NCBI GenBank assembly: GCA_977020255.1
Contig: CDROCS010000321.1
Span: 124,001 to 188,000, forward strand
Reading direction: 5' to 3'
DNA from: Obrimoposthia wandeli
Lineage: Eukaryota
DNA: 64,000 nt
The notes below the pieces were generated by a model. It had not been told where the DNA came from. It did no database searches and saw nothing but the letters and a program-made list of their open reading frames with translations. Below are positions 1 through 8,563 of this stretch, piece after piece (the first letter of the stretch is position 1; each line of letters begins with the position of its first letter). The translations under genes were made by a program, and so were the position numbers.

Positions 1-109
1 CTAACCATTCACTTAATAATGCGGTTTGTCGTTCCACCCCGCCAATATGGCCGGAGTCTTCATCGGTTAATGCGCCGTAGGCATTGTTTGCGATAATACA
101 AATTTTCAT
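1..109 (-). CDS. Glycosyltransferase family 4 protein, N-terminus only (runs off the left edge; not in the ORF track)
   Basis: Manual translation from ATG at 109 on the minus strand gives MKICIIANNAYGALTDEDSGHIGGVERQTALLSEWL. The GG-x-ER motif after the first beta strand is typical of GT4. An AAGGAAGAG RBS-like sequence lies upstream. Confidence 0.75.
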   Translation of the reverse strand, partial: MKICIIANNAYGALTDEDSGHIGGVERQTALLSEWL

Positions 110-134
110 AATATTGATGCCTCTTCCTTAATCA

Positions 135-1160
135 TCAATTGTGCAACGCCGATATTGCATACAGTAATTTTTTGGGGTTTTTATGTGTCGGCATGTTAAA
201 ACGTTTTAGGGTCTGCATATTGCAGCCTATACTGTTCAATCCGGTGTCTGTGGTTAGCCCGCAGGCATACTGCCTGTCGCGTATCATGTTGATGGCGGCA
301 GGGCTATAACTATTGTCCGGGTAGCAAAAACTGCTACATTTAATCGCCAGTTTTTTCTCAATAATGTCTCTGGCTTGCTGTATTTCTGTGTCCATGGTAG
401 CCTCATCAACTAAGGCCAAACGGGCGTGGTTTAAGGTATGGTTGCCAATCTCAAAACTTCCGTCATTGATTACTTCAGCCAGCTGCCGCCAGGTTGCGAG
501 TGCACTCCAATCATCCCGAGTTATGATATCATTCAATGCTTTACCCGTTTCCTGCTCAATTTCACTGGTAATCTTATCGAGATAATTACGCATTTGTATG
601 TCGCAGGTAAATCTTGTTTTAATTATTTGGCGAAACTTAGCATATGAGCCTTTCAGGCTTGTTCGAGAACTGCAGTCAAAACAAAACTGGTCTTGCTCTA
701 ATTGCACCTGATAGTGGTTATCGGGTATTTGTTGCAAGGCATAATCTAGGCGGTCAAACCAAAATGGCCGATTGTGTTGGGTATGTTCTGTGGCTATATA
801 CAGGCTGGGGATGATTTTAAATCGTTTGAATATGGGGGCACCGTATTTGATATTATTCAAGTAGCCATCATCGAGGGTAATTACTAACGCATTGCCAACG
901 GGCGGTATTTCTTTGGTTAATATTTTTATCGCATCGGATAGAGAGATGAAAGTATATTGCTGACTTAATACGTGAAGGCTCGCGGCTAATTGCAGCGGTG
1001 ATAGCTGTTCTCTCAGTGGTGTCCATTGGCTATCTGGACCATTTTCCATAATACCATGCACATAAAGAATAGTTATTTTATGGCGACTGAAAAAGTGAAA
1101 TGTGCGATACACTCCCAGGCGGTGTAATAATGTCAGATATATATTTTTGATGAAATCCAT
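135..1160 (-). CDS. Polysaccharide deacetylase (NodB/CE4 family)
   Basis: CE4 motifs TLDDGY, GNHTLNH and FCYP are present. It lies directly upstream of the GT4 gene. Confidence 0.9.
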   Translation of the reverse strand: MDFIKNIYLTLLHRLGVYRTFHFFSRHKITILYVHGIMENGPDSQWTPLREQLSPLQLAASLHVLSQQYTFISLSDAIKILTKEIPPVGNALVITLDDGYLNNIKYGAPIFKRFKIIPSLYIATEHTQHNRPFWFDRLDYALQQIPDNHYQVQLEQDQFCFDCSSRTSLKGSYAKFRQIIKTRFTCDIQMRNYLDKITSEIEQETGKALNDIITRDDWSALATWRQLAEVINDGSFEIGNHTLNHARLALVDEATMDTEIQQARDIIEKKLAIKCSSFCYPDNSYSPAAINMIRDRQYACGLTTDTGLNSIGCNMQTLKRFNMPTHKNPKKLLYAISALHN

Positions 1161-1260
1161 TTCAGGTAGTCGCGCTATGTAAGGTTAACGCTGATATGTT
1201 GTTATGTTCCATAAATCATTCCCTTTATGCTTCACAATATGAACTTTCATTTTATGTTTG

Positions 1261-1275
1261 GCAAGAACTTGGCCG
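1261..1275 (-). promoter_or_regulatory. Candidate sigma-54 (-24/-12) promoter for the deacetylase/GT operon
   Basis: Minus strand reads CGGCCAAGTTCTTGC, i.e. GG-N10-GC with TTGC at -12, about 100 nt upstream of the ATG at 1160. The -24 box deviates from TGGCAC. Confidence 0.4.
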
Positions 1276-1338
1276 GCTTCATTTTTAGAAAATTGGAATT
1301 AAATTTGGTGATTTAAGCGTTTTAGTTCGAAATAAGAA

Positions 1339-2089
1339 TGAAGTCAACTAATTTTGGCCATTCTAAAAAGTATAATCGCTCTGATTCATTTGGAAAACAG
1401 TTATATTGATGTGGTCAACCTGGCTATAATATCTAGTGATGTAATTAGTTATTGTCATGGCTTTACGAATACATCCATTCAGATTTCAAAAACTTTAAAA
1501 AATCGCCACGTTATTTTGTATTATCTGATGGCGCCATAGATTTTGACGGAGTCTTGTATAATGTTTCGGTGGAACATCACGCCTTTTGGCTTTCCTCTGA
1601 CTCAAATGCTAGCGTGAATGTGAAACACCAGCGATTTCCTGACCAAATATAGGTCACATCACCGCAGACTTGATTTGAGAGGCGACTGCAAACTGACGAT
1701 TTAATGTATTTGGTATTGCTAAATGTTCTTTTTCAGCTCTTTATGCATGCTTTTGGAAAAACCTTTGGCCGGAACAATACCTAAATAGTCCTAGCACCAG
1801 CTGAGCCTGTTGTGCATCAAATTTGTAGCGGCTCGTCTTAAGTTTCTCAACTAGTGAGAATAGTTCAGGGAGTCTGACATTAAGAAGCGTAGCCTTTTTG
1901 GTACATAATTTTCTTTTTCAACTCTCGCGCTTTTGGCGTGATCCCGTATAGTTTTGGTCGAGTACTAATTGAGCTGCTTCGAGCTTGAATTCAAACGTTC
2001 TTTATTTTCTTTTCATGGTGTCACCTAAAGTTTGATGAGGTGCATTATAACACCTCTAGTTAGGTGGCCAAAATCACTCTACCACTTCA
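1339..2089 (-). mobile_element. Heavily deleted IS3-family (IS911-like) insertion sequence relic, 751 bp
   Basis: Terminal inverted repeats are TGAAGTGGTAGAGTGATTTTGGCCACC (minus strand, from 2089) and TGAAGTCAACTAATTTTGGCCA (from 1339). A 3-bp direct repeat GAA flanks it at 1336-1338 and 2090-2092. Broken OrfA fragment FEFKLEAAQLVLDQNY; OrfB fragments PNTLNRQFAV, CGDVTYIWSGNRW, KPKGVMFH, LWRHQI, LKSEW, ITNYI. Confidence 0.9.
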
Positions 2090-2324
2090 GAAAGGCCTTC
2101 AATACTATCTTGGAAAACAGCAAAAATTACTTTACCCTAGCGTTAACTTCATGATGTTGCGGTTACTGTGAGTATAGTTCAACTTAGCGTAAAGATTTAA
2201 TTTACTTATTGCATCCTAAATTGGAGTAAGTAATAAGACAAATTCAGCAACCTTGTATCTTAATTTCAATAAGGGTGCTTGAAACGTAAATATCCCAGAT
2301 AAAATTACCTCAGCGGCTAAAAGG

Positions 2325-2630
2325 TAAAAGACTCGACCAACGTATTCACTAGCATTCAACACGATGCCGTAAGTTTAGTCCTAGATAAAAATTAACGATA
2401 CAGGAAACCTGTGATGCTGTCGGTGTCGGATACACGGCAATGAAACGCTGGGTAACTTAACTAAGATCATAGTGGTATAACACCTGTTGCGAAGGCTATG
2501 GCGCGAGAACAATCTTTGGTCAGCTCAATAAAACAGGGGGAAGTGTAGGGCAATACAAGGCTGCGAATTAGATGAAAGAAGTCGCATTATCAGTAAACAG
2601 CAGAATAAACATAAATATAAGATATCTGAG
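2325..2630 (+). pseudogene. Second, different IS3-family transposase relic (OrfA plus OrfB start), frameshifted and truncated; boundaries approximate
   Basis: Fragments across frames read TRPTYSLAF, DAVSLVLDKN, IQETCDAVGVGYTAMKRWVT*L, SGITPVAKAM, VGQYKAAN*MKE and SKQQNKHKYKISE. No clear terminal repeats were found. Confidence 0.75.
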
Positions 2631-2715
2631 TTCGGCACGTACTTTAAGGCGATGCTACTATTCACAACAATCTACCGCTTATGCGTGAAGATGTGCAACA
2701 TTTTATTCCTCATAT

Positions 2716-2753
2716 AAAAAGAAAACACCGAACGTTTTCACGCTCAGTGTTTT
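2716..2753 (-). terminator. Rho-independent terminator of the SSS symporter operon
   Basis: Minus strand AAAACACTGAGCG-tgaaaa-CGTTCGGTGTTTT forms a 13-bp stem with two G-U pairs, followed by CTTTTT. Confidence 0.75.
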
Positions 2754-2849
2754 ACATACCGCCAAGATATCCGTTGAGATATAAGCCTAAAATTGTTTAA
2801 CTGAACGGCATTTTTATTACTTCAACATAATATTAACGACATGTAGTTA

Positions 2850-4586
2850 TTAATGGTCTGCTGCTGCACCTGCGCCACGTGGGTAACGTAAGTTTTCAAC
2901 TAGCTGTTGGATATGCAGTGGCGCATCACCGGTTACTTTGGTGACAACAAATGCCACGGTAAAGTTAACAATTGCGCCTACCGAACCAAATGCGTTAGGT
3001 GAGATACCAAAGAACCAGTTTTCTTCCATGCCACCGAGGAACGATGTACCTGGGATAAACATGATGCCTTTATGTTGGAATACATACAGCATAGTAATAC
3101 CTAAACCTGCACACATACCCGATACGGCAGCTGTGCCATTAATTTTCTTCGAGAAGATACCCATCATTAACGCTGGGAATAGCGATGAACCCGCTAAACC
3201 AAAGGCGAGGGCAACGGTACCTGCGGCGAATCCAGGCGGGTTTAAACCAAGATAACCAGCAATGATAATTGAAATTGTCATGACGATACGGCCTGCTTTG
3301 AGTTCGGCTTTCTCGGTCATATTTGGTGTTAGTATACCTTTCATTAAATCATGCGAAATAGCGGATGAAATGGCCAGTAGTAAACCTGCGGCAGTTGAGA
3401 GTGCAGCGGCTAGACCACCTGCGGCAACCAATGCAATCACCCAGTTTGGTAGGTTTGCAATAGCAGGATTCGCTAATACCATGATGTCACGGTCAACTTT
3501 AACCATTTCATTTTTAACAGGGTCAGCAACATAATTGATTTTGCCATCGCCATTTTTATCTTCAAATTTTAATAGACCTGTACCTTCCCAGTCTTTAAAC
3601 CATTGTGGACGTTTCTCATACTCAAGTTGTTGACCTGCTGATGGTTCAATCGTATTGATAAGGTTGAAACGAGCCATTGCGCCAACCGCTGGAGCAACAG
3701 TATAAAGTAAGGCGATAAATACTAGTGCGTAACCAGCTGATGCACGTGCCGCTTTCACTGTTGGAACGGTAAAGAAACGCATTATTACGTGTGGTAAACC
3801 AGCAGTACCAATCATCAATGATAGGGTATACGCGAACATGTTTAATGTGCCGCCCATGTTATCAGTCGTGTATTGGTTAAAGCCGAGGTCGGTTACAACC
3901 ATGTCAATTTTATCAAGCAGATAAACACCGCTACCATCGGCAAGGGTACTACCCAAACCAAGTTGTGGAATTGGATTACCTGTTAGTTGTAACGAAATGA
4001 ATACTGCTGGGATAGTATAAGCAAAGATAAGTACACAGTATTGTGCGATCTGCGTGTAAGTAATACCTTTCATACCACCAAGTACAGCATAAACCCATAC
4101 CACAACCATACCTATGCCTAGACCTAGGTCATAATCAACTTCTAAGAAGCGAGAGAAGGCAACACCAACACCTTTCATTTGGCCAATAATATAGGTCACA
4201 GAAGCGACGATTAAGCAGACAATTGCCACCACACGCGCTGTTTTTGAGTCATAGCGGTCGGCAATGAATTCTGGCACGGTAAACTTACCGTGTTTACGCA
4301 TATAGGGAGCGAGTAAGGTCGCTAGCAGTACAAAACCACCCGTCCAACCCATTAAGAACACTGAACCACCGTAACCAAGAAAGGCAATAAGACCAGCCAT
4401 TGATAAGAACGACGCGGCGCTCATCCAATCGGCGCCGATCGCCATCCCGTTTTGTAACGGGGTAATACCACCGCCTGCGGCATAGAAATCACTGGTTGTT
4501 TTAGCGCGAGCGAACCAAGCAATGGCAAAATATAAGGTGAACGAGCCGAATACGGCAATATACGTATAGAGTTTTAATTCGGTCAT
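2850..4586 (-). CDS. actP: Sodium:solute symporter, cation/acetate symporter ActP-like (VC_2705-type subfamily)
   Basis: SSS motifs GADWMSAASFLS, TAGLPHVIMRFFTV and GLAAALSTAAGLLL; about 13 TM segments; preceded by a DUF4212-type small subunit. Confidence 0.88.
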   Translation of the reverse strand: MTELKLYTYIAVFGSFTLYFAIAWFARAKTTSDFYAAGGGITPLQNGMAIGADWMSAASFLSMAGLIAFLGYGGSVFLMGWTGGFVLLATLLAPYMRKHGKFTVPEFIADRYDSKTARVVAIVCLIVASVTYIIGQMKGVGVAFSRFLEVDYDLGLGIGMVVVWVYAVLGGMKGITYTQIAQYCVLIFAYTIPAVFISLQLTGNPIPQLGLGSTLADGSGVYLLDKIDMVVTDLGFNQYTTDNMGGTLNMFAYTLSLMIGTAGLPHVIMRFFTVPTVKAARASAGYALVFIALLYTVAPAVGAMARFNLINTIEPSAGQQLEYEKRPQWFKDWEGTGLLKFEDKNGDGKINYVADPVKNEMVKVDRDIMVLANPAIANLPNWVIALVAAGGLAAALSTAAGLLLAISSAISHDLMKGILTPNMTEKAELKAGRIVMTISIIIAGYLGLNPPGFAAGTVALAFGLAGSSLFPALMMGIFSKKINGTAAVSGMCAGLGITMLYVFQHKGIMFIPGTSFLGGMEENWFFGISPNAFGSVGAIVNFTVAFVVTKVTGDAPLHIQQLVENLRYPRGAGAAADH

Positions 4587-4838
4587 TTATTCTTCCTCAA
4601 CATTGTGTTTTTTGTCCAGCTTATTCATCTGTACGGCATACCAAAAAACTAAACCAACGAAGGTATAAATAGACCCTTGTTGTGCGAACCAGAAACCAAG
4701 CTTATATCCACCGAGTCGAAACTCATTCAATTGTTCGACGAATAAAATGCCACAGCCAAATGACACTACAAACCAAATTACTAAACAGGTTAATATAAGT
4801 CGTATATTGGTTTGCCAATAGGCGTTTTCTTGTTCCAT
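4587..4838 (-). CDS. DUF4212 family small membrane subunit of the SSS transporter
   Basis: 83 aa, two TM helices, motif GYKLGFWFAQQGSIY; its stop codon abuts the symporter ATG. Confidence 0.9.
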   Translation of the reverse strand: MEQENAYWQTNIRLILTCLVIWFVVSFGCGILFVEQLNEFRLGGYKLGFWFAQQGSIYTFVGLVFWYAVQMNKLDKKHNVEEE

Positions 4839-4960
4839 ATCCTTTCTCCCAAAAAAAACGATTAAATCTTAATAAGTAAAATTAGTTAGTTATTGATCAC
4901 CGACATAAGTTGTCCTTAACTTGCATGACAAGTCGTTGGCGTTCGCACTAGCATGTTGTA

Positions 4961-5004
4961 AATTTAGCAACCTTTAAAAAATAACCCTATACAACTTTCG
5001 TCTA
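4961..5004 (-). promoter_or_regulatory. Candidate activator-dependent promoter: extended -10 (TG-C-TAAATT) with an imperfect dyad TAGAC-GAAA-GTTGTA just upstream of a poor -35
   Basis: -10 at 4961-4966 (minus strand) and dyad at 4990-5004. The geometry fits a class II activator site, plausibly for the neighbouring CrbR-like regulator (inference). Confidence 0.4.
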
Positions 5005-5046
5005 TATATTATTTTATGATGTTGACGATTTAGAGGTATAGGGTTA
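4982..5046. repeat. Perfect 11-bp inverted repeat TAACCCTATAC ... GTATAGGGTTA with a 43-bp spacer, in the divergent promoter region
   Basis: Arms at 4982-4992 and 5036-5046, read directly from the sequence. Confidence 0.65.
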
Positions 5047-5151
5047 AAACTGAACATACAAAGTGAATTATCAATACAAGGTGATTTACGACTATTAGTA
5101 TCGATACAAGCACAGATTCAAGTGCAGAGCAGTAGAGGCTAGAGTGAACAT

Positions 5152-6996
5152 ATGAATGCAGCGTTAAATGATATTGTTGATTTTATTAAAGTCATTCCAC
5201 CATTTAATTTATTAAATGATCAGGATTGTCATCTTATTGCCAAACGAACTTCAATCGGTTATTACCGCAATGAAACGATTTTGAATGTTCATCAAAACGA
5301 CCAGGTTATGCTGTATATCGTTAAAAAAGGTGTCATTGCCTATTACGATCACGCGGGTGAATTACAGGGTAAATTCTCAGAAGGGGATTTATGCAGTGTA
5401 CTATGCCGACCAGATACCGAAACGTTACAGATAAGCTTACGTGTTGAAGAAGATTGTTTACTATATGCTATTGATTTTAATGAATTAGAAGAGCTACTTA
5501 CTGAACAGCCCACTGCCTTACAATTTTTATTACAAACCGCCCCACAGCGACTGCAGAATACCATGGGCGCGATAACGGAATCGGCATTAATCGCGTCGAG
5601 TTTAACCAATGCGCCGATAACCGATTATTACAACAGCCCTGCGATCACAATCACCACACAAGCGAGTATTCAAGATGCCGCTAAATACATGACCGAAAAA
5701 GGCGTCTCGTGTCTGGTTATCATGGCAGATGAACAGCCGGCCGGTATTGTTACGGATAAAGACATTCGCCGACGTTGCGTTGCTGAAGGATTAAATATTC
5801 AACACGCGGTGACAGATATTATGACCGCCAATATGGCGACAATTGATATCAATCTTTGTGGTCATGATGCGCTCGCGTTAATGATAAGTCAGCGTATACA
5901 CCACTTACCTGTGACGAAACATGGGGCATTGGTTGGCATGTTGACGGCGACGGACTTAATGAATCAAGAAGGTCATCATGCGGTTAATTTAAGTTCGGTG
6001 ATCCATAAAGCCAGTTCTGTCGATGTCTTGGTTGAGTTAAGTTTGATGTTACCAAAACTACAAGTAAGCATGGCCAAGTTGGGCGCTAGTGCGGATTATT
6101 TAGGTAAAAACATCAGTGCACTGACCATGGCATTTACCATTCGATTAATTGAGTTAGCAGAGCTAAAATTGGGTAATGCACCTGTTGGTTACGCTTGGTT
6201 ATGTGCCGGTTCACAAGCGCGGCAAGAGCAGTTAGTTTATTCAGATCAAGATAATGCCCTGATCATTGATGATAGTGCGACACCCGAGCAAGAAGCGTGG
6301 TTTGAAGCATTTTCTCATTTTGTTTGTGATGGTCTAGCGGCTTGTGGTTATATTTATTGTCCGGGTAATATTATGGCGACTAACACCCAATGGCGGCAGA
6401 AAAAGCGCGTATGGCAAGGTTATTTTAATGATTGGGTCACACAGCCAGATCCGCAAGCATTGTTAAACAGTAGCGTATTTTTTGATCTTGCTACCGTCTA
6501 TGGTAACAGTTCTTTGTTACAAGATGTGCGTCGTAATATGTTAGTAAAAACGCAAAAGAACACCTTGTTTCAAGCGCATCTATCACGCAATGCGTTGTTA
6601 CAGAAACCGCCATTAGGATTCTTTCGTGATTTTGTTTTGATCCAAGATGGTAACAACAAAAAAGGCTTGGATCTTAAGCATAATGGCTTAGCGCCGATCA
6701 TTAATCTTGCGCGTATTTATGCTTTGGCTGAAGGTATCGAAGATGTAAATACTATTATGCGCTTAAGACTCGCGGCGGGCACGCCATCGCTGAGTCGTAC
6801 TGAATCGGCTAATTTGATTGATGCATTTGAGCTGTTAGGCATGTTACGTGCCGAGCATCAAGCCAAGCAATTAATCAAAGGTGAAGAGGCTGATAGCTAT
6901 CTGTTACCAAAAGAGATCTCTCGATTGGAACGCGAACATTTAAAAGATGCGTTCAAGGTAATTAAAGCCATGCAAAGTTACCGACAGATGGTGTAG
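5152..6996 (+). CDS. DUF294 nucleotidyltransferase-like protein (cNMP-binding, CBS pair, NTase, substrate-binding domains)
   Basis: N-terminal cNMP-binding-like region, CBS motifs (GIVTDKDIRRR, HHLPV), NTase signature GSQARQEQLVYSDQDN, C-terminal DLKHNGL. Confidence 0.92.
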   Translation: MNAALNDIVDFIKVIPPFNLLNDQDCHLIAKRTSIGYYRNETILNVHQNDQVMLYIVKKGVIAYYDHAGELQGKFSEGDLCSVLCRPDTETLQISLRVEEDCLLYAIDFNELEELLTEQPTALQFLLQTAPQRLQNTMGAITESALIASSLTNAPITDYYNSPAITITTQASIQDAAKYMTEKGVSCLVIMADEQPAGIVTDKDIRRRCVAEGLNIQHAVTDIMTANMATIDINLCGHDALALMISQRIHHLPVTKHGALVGMLTATDLMNQEGHHAVNLSSVIHKASSVDVLVELSLMLPKLQVSMAKLGASADYLGKNISALTMAFTIRLIELAELKLGNAPVGYAWLCAGSQARQEQLVYSDQDNALIIDDSATPEQEAWFEAFSHFVCDGLAACGYIYCPGNIMATNTQWRQKKRVWQGYFNDWVTQPDPQALLNSSVFFDLATVYGNSSLLQDVRRNMLVKTQKNTLFQAHLSRNALLQKPPLGFFRDFVLIQDGNNKKGLDLKHNGLAPIINLARIYALAEGIEDVNTIMRLRLAAGTPSLSRTESANLIDAFELLGMLRAEHQAKQLIKGEEADSYLLPKEISRLEREHLKDAFKVIKAMQSYRQMV

Positions 6997-7007
6997 TTGG
7001 TCGTTAA

Positions 7008-7037
7008 TTTGTAGTTTGTAGTTTGTAGTTTGTAGTT
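7008..7037. repeat. Tandem repeat (TTTGTAG)x4
   Basis: Four exact 7-bp copies at 7008-7035 plus TT, between the DUF294 and exonuclease genes. Confidence 0.9.
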
Positions 7038-7087
7038 AGTAACAGATAAAAGTAGACACTGGATAAACTGATGAGTAAGGACATAGT

Positions 7088-7792
7088 ATGAATCTGATAC
7101 ACTCTTTCTTTAGTTTAGAGACACAACGTAAACGCTTGTTGAGTAAAGCGCCTGAAGGGGCGTTGAAACAATACTTAAGTGTGCCGATTATCGATCTTGA
7201 ACAACCAATTATGGACAGTGATATTTTAGCTGTTGATTTTGAAACAACCGGGTTGAATGCGAAACAAGATAATATTTTGAGTATTGGTTACGTCACGCTG
7301 GCTGCTAGCCAAATTAGATTGGATAGTTGTTATCATCAAATTGTCGCTGCGCACTGCCAACTTGAAGATGATAATGTGACTATTCACACCATCACAGATC
7401 AGGAAAAAGCCAGCGGACGGCCATTGGCAAGCGTCGTCGAGGACTTGTTAACGGCATTAGCGGGAAAAGCCATGCTGGTTCATTATGCTCAGATAGAAAA
7501 AAACTTTCTCGAACAAGCCTGTATTAAGCTGTATGGCATGGCGCCTGTATTTCCGATCATTGATACATTAGCTTTGGCTAAAAAGCGGCACGACAGGTGT
7601 AGTCAGGCTTACGCGCCATCGACGCTGCATTTGACGAGCTTGCGTGATGAGTATGGATTACCACACTATGCAGCGCACAATGCTTTAAACGATGCGATTG
7701 CCACTGCTGAGTTGTTTATGGCTAAAATACAACATTCAGAATTAAAGGGTGATACAAAACTTAAGTCTTTGATCACAAGTGCTTTCGGTTAG
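7088..7792 (+). CDS. DEDDh 3'-5' exonuclease (DnaQ-like), the usual partner of DUF294 genes
   Basis: ExoI VDFETTG, ExoII HYAQIE and ExoIII HNALNDAIATAEL motifs. Confidence 0.9.
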   Translation: MNLIHSFFSLETQRKRLLSKAPEGALKQYLSVPIIDLEQPIMDSDILAVDFETTGLNAKQDNILSIGYVTLAASQIRLDSCYHQIVAAHCQLEDDNVTIHTITDQEKASGRPLASVVEDLLTALAGKAMLVHYAQIEKNFLEQACIKLYGMAPVFPIIDTLALAKKRHDRCSQAYAPSTLHLTSLRDEYGLPHYAAHNALNDAIATAELFMAKIQHSELKGDTKLKSLITSAFG

Positions 7793-7890
7793 CTAAGTCG
7801 CATGTCGTGCGTGAACCGAGTTAACTTGGTCACAGTTTGGCAACATGGTGTCATGTATAGTAGGGGTTAATTATTTGTAGTCATACATGG

Positions 7891-8559
7891 ATGAATATGC
7901 ACGTAATGCCAGAAAAAATCATCATTGCTGATGATCACCCCCTTTTTCGCCAAGCATTGTTGATTGCCTTAAAAGAACAATTTAATACTACACAATGGCT
8001 TGAAGCCGAAACGGTTGAAAGCCTTAGTGATTGTTTAGTTAAAAATAACGATGTCGATTTGTTATTACTGGATCTTAATATTCCCGGTGCGCATGGCTTT
8101 GATCATCTCATTCGTATTCGTAAGCAATACCCAGACATTCCGGTTGTGGTTATCTCTGCTTACAGTGACGAGACCATTATAGGTAAAGCGATGCAGCACG
8201 GTGCATCAGGTTTTGTGCCCAAGTCAGAATCTGTGCCGACAATTATTACCGCTATCAATAAAGTATTATCTGGACAGTTGTGGGTACCAGGCTCGTTTGA
8301 AAAAGCGCAAGAAGCAGTGAGCAATGTTGCTGACGAGGCGATAGCTAAATTAACCGTACAAGAATATCGCATATTAATGATGTTTTCTGAAGGCCTGCTG
8401 AATAAACAAATTGGAGACAAACTTTGTGTTGCTGAGGCGACAGTCAAAGCCCATGCAAGCGCTATTTTTCGTAAATTGAATGTGCGTAATAGAACACAAG
8501 CTGCAATGATGTTGGGGCAACTCGATGTAGCGGATTACAGTGATAATTTAAAGGAATAA
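7891..8559 (+). CDS. crbR: LuxR/NarL-family response regulator, CrbR/ErdR-like
   Basis: IIIADDHPLFR, LLLLDLNIPG, GFVPKS and the HTH EGLLNKQI...TVKAHASAIFRKL; located in an acetate module next to a CrbS-like kinase. Confidence 0.75.
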   Translation: MNMHVMPEKIIIADDHPLFRQALLIALKEQFNTTQWLEAETVESLSDCLVKNNDVDLLLLDLNIPGAHGFDHLIRIRKQYPDIPVVVISAYSDETIIGKAMQHGASGFVPKSESVPTIITAINKVLSGQLWVPGSFEKAQEAVSNVADEAIAKLTVQEYRILMMFSEGLLNKQIGDKLCVAEATVKAHASAIFRKLNVRNRTQAAMMLGQLDVADYSDNLKE

Positions 8560-8563
8560 ATTA

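Noticed and set aside
1354-1652. Two short plus-strand ORFs in the track (61 and 66 aa)
   Set aside because: They are antisense shadows of the decayed IS3 orfB on the minus strand, with no RBS or recognisable motif.
1845-1860. TTCTCA-ACTAG-TGAGAA dyad resembling a SypG enhancer
   Set aside because: The spacer is 5 nt rather than 3, and it lies inside IS coding sequence at the orfA/orfB junction, so coincidence is likely.
7811-7833. Near-palindrome GTGAACCGAGTTAACTTGGTCAC upstream of crbR
   Set aside because: It could be an operator or a weak hairpin, but it occurs once, has mismatches and matches no motif I can name.
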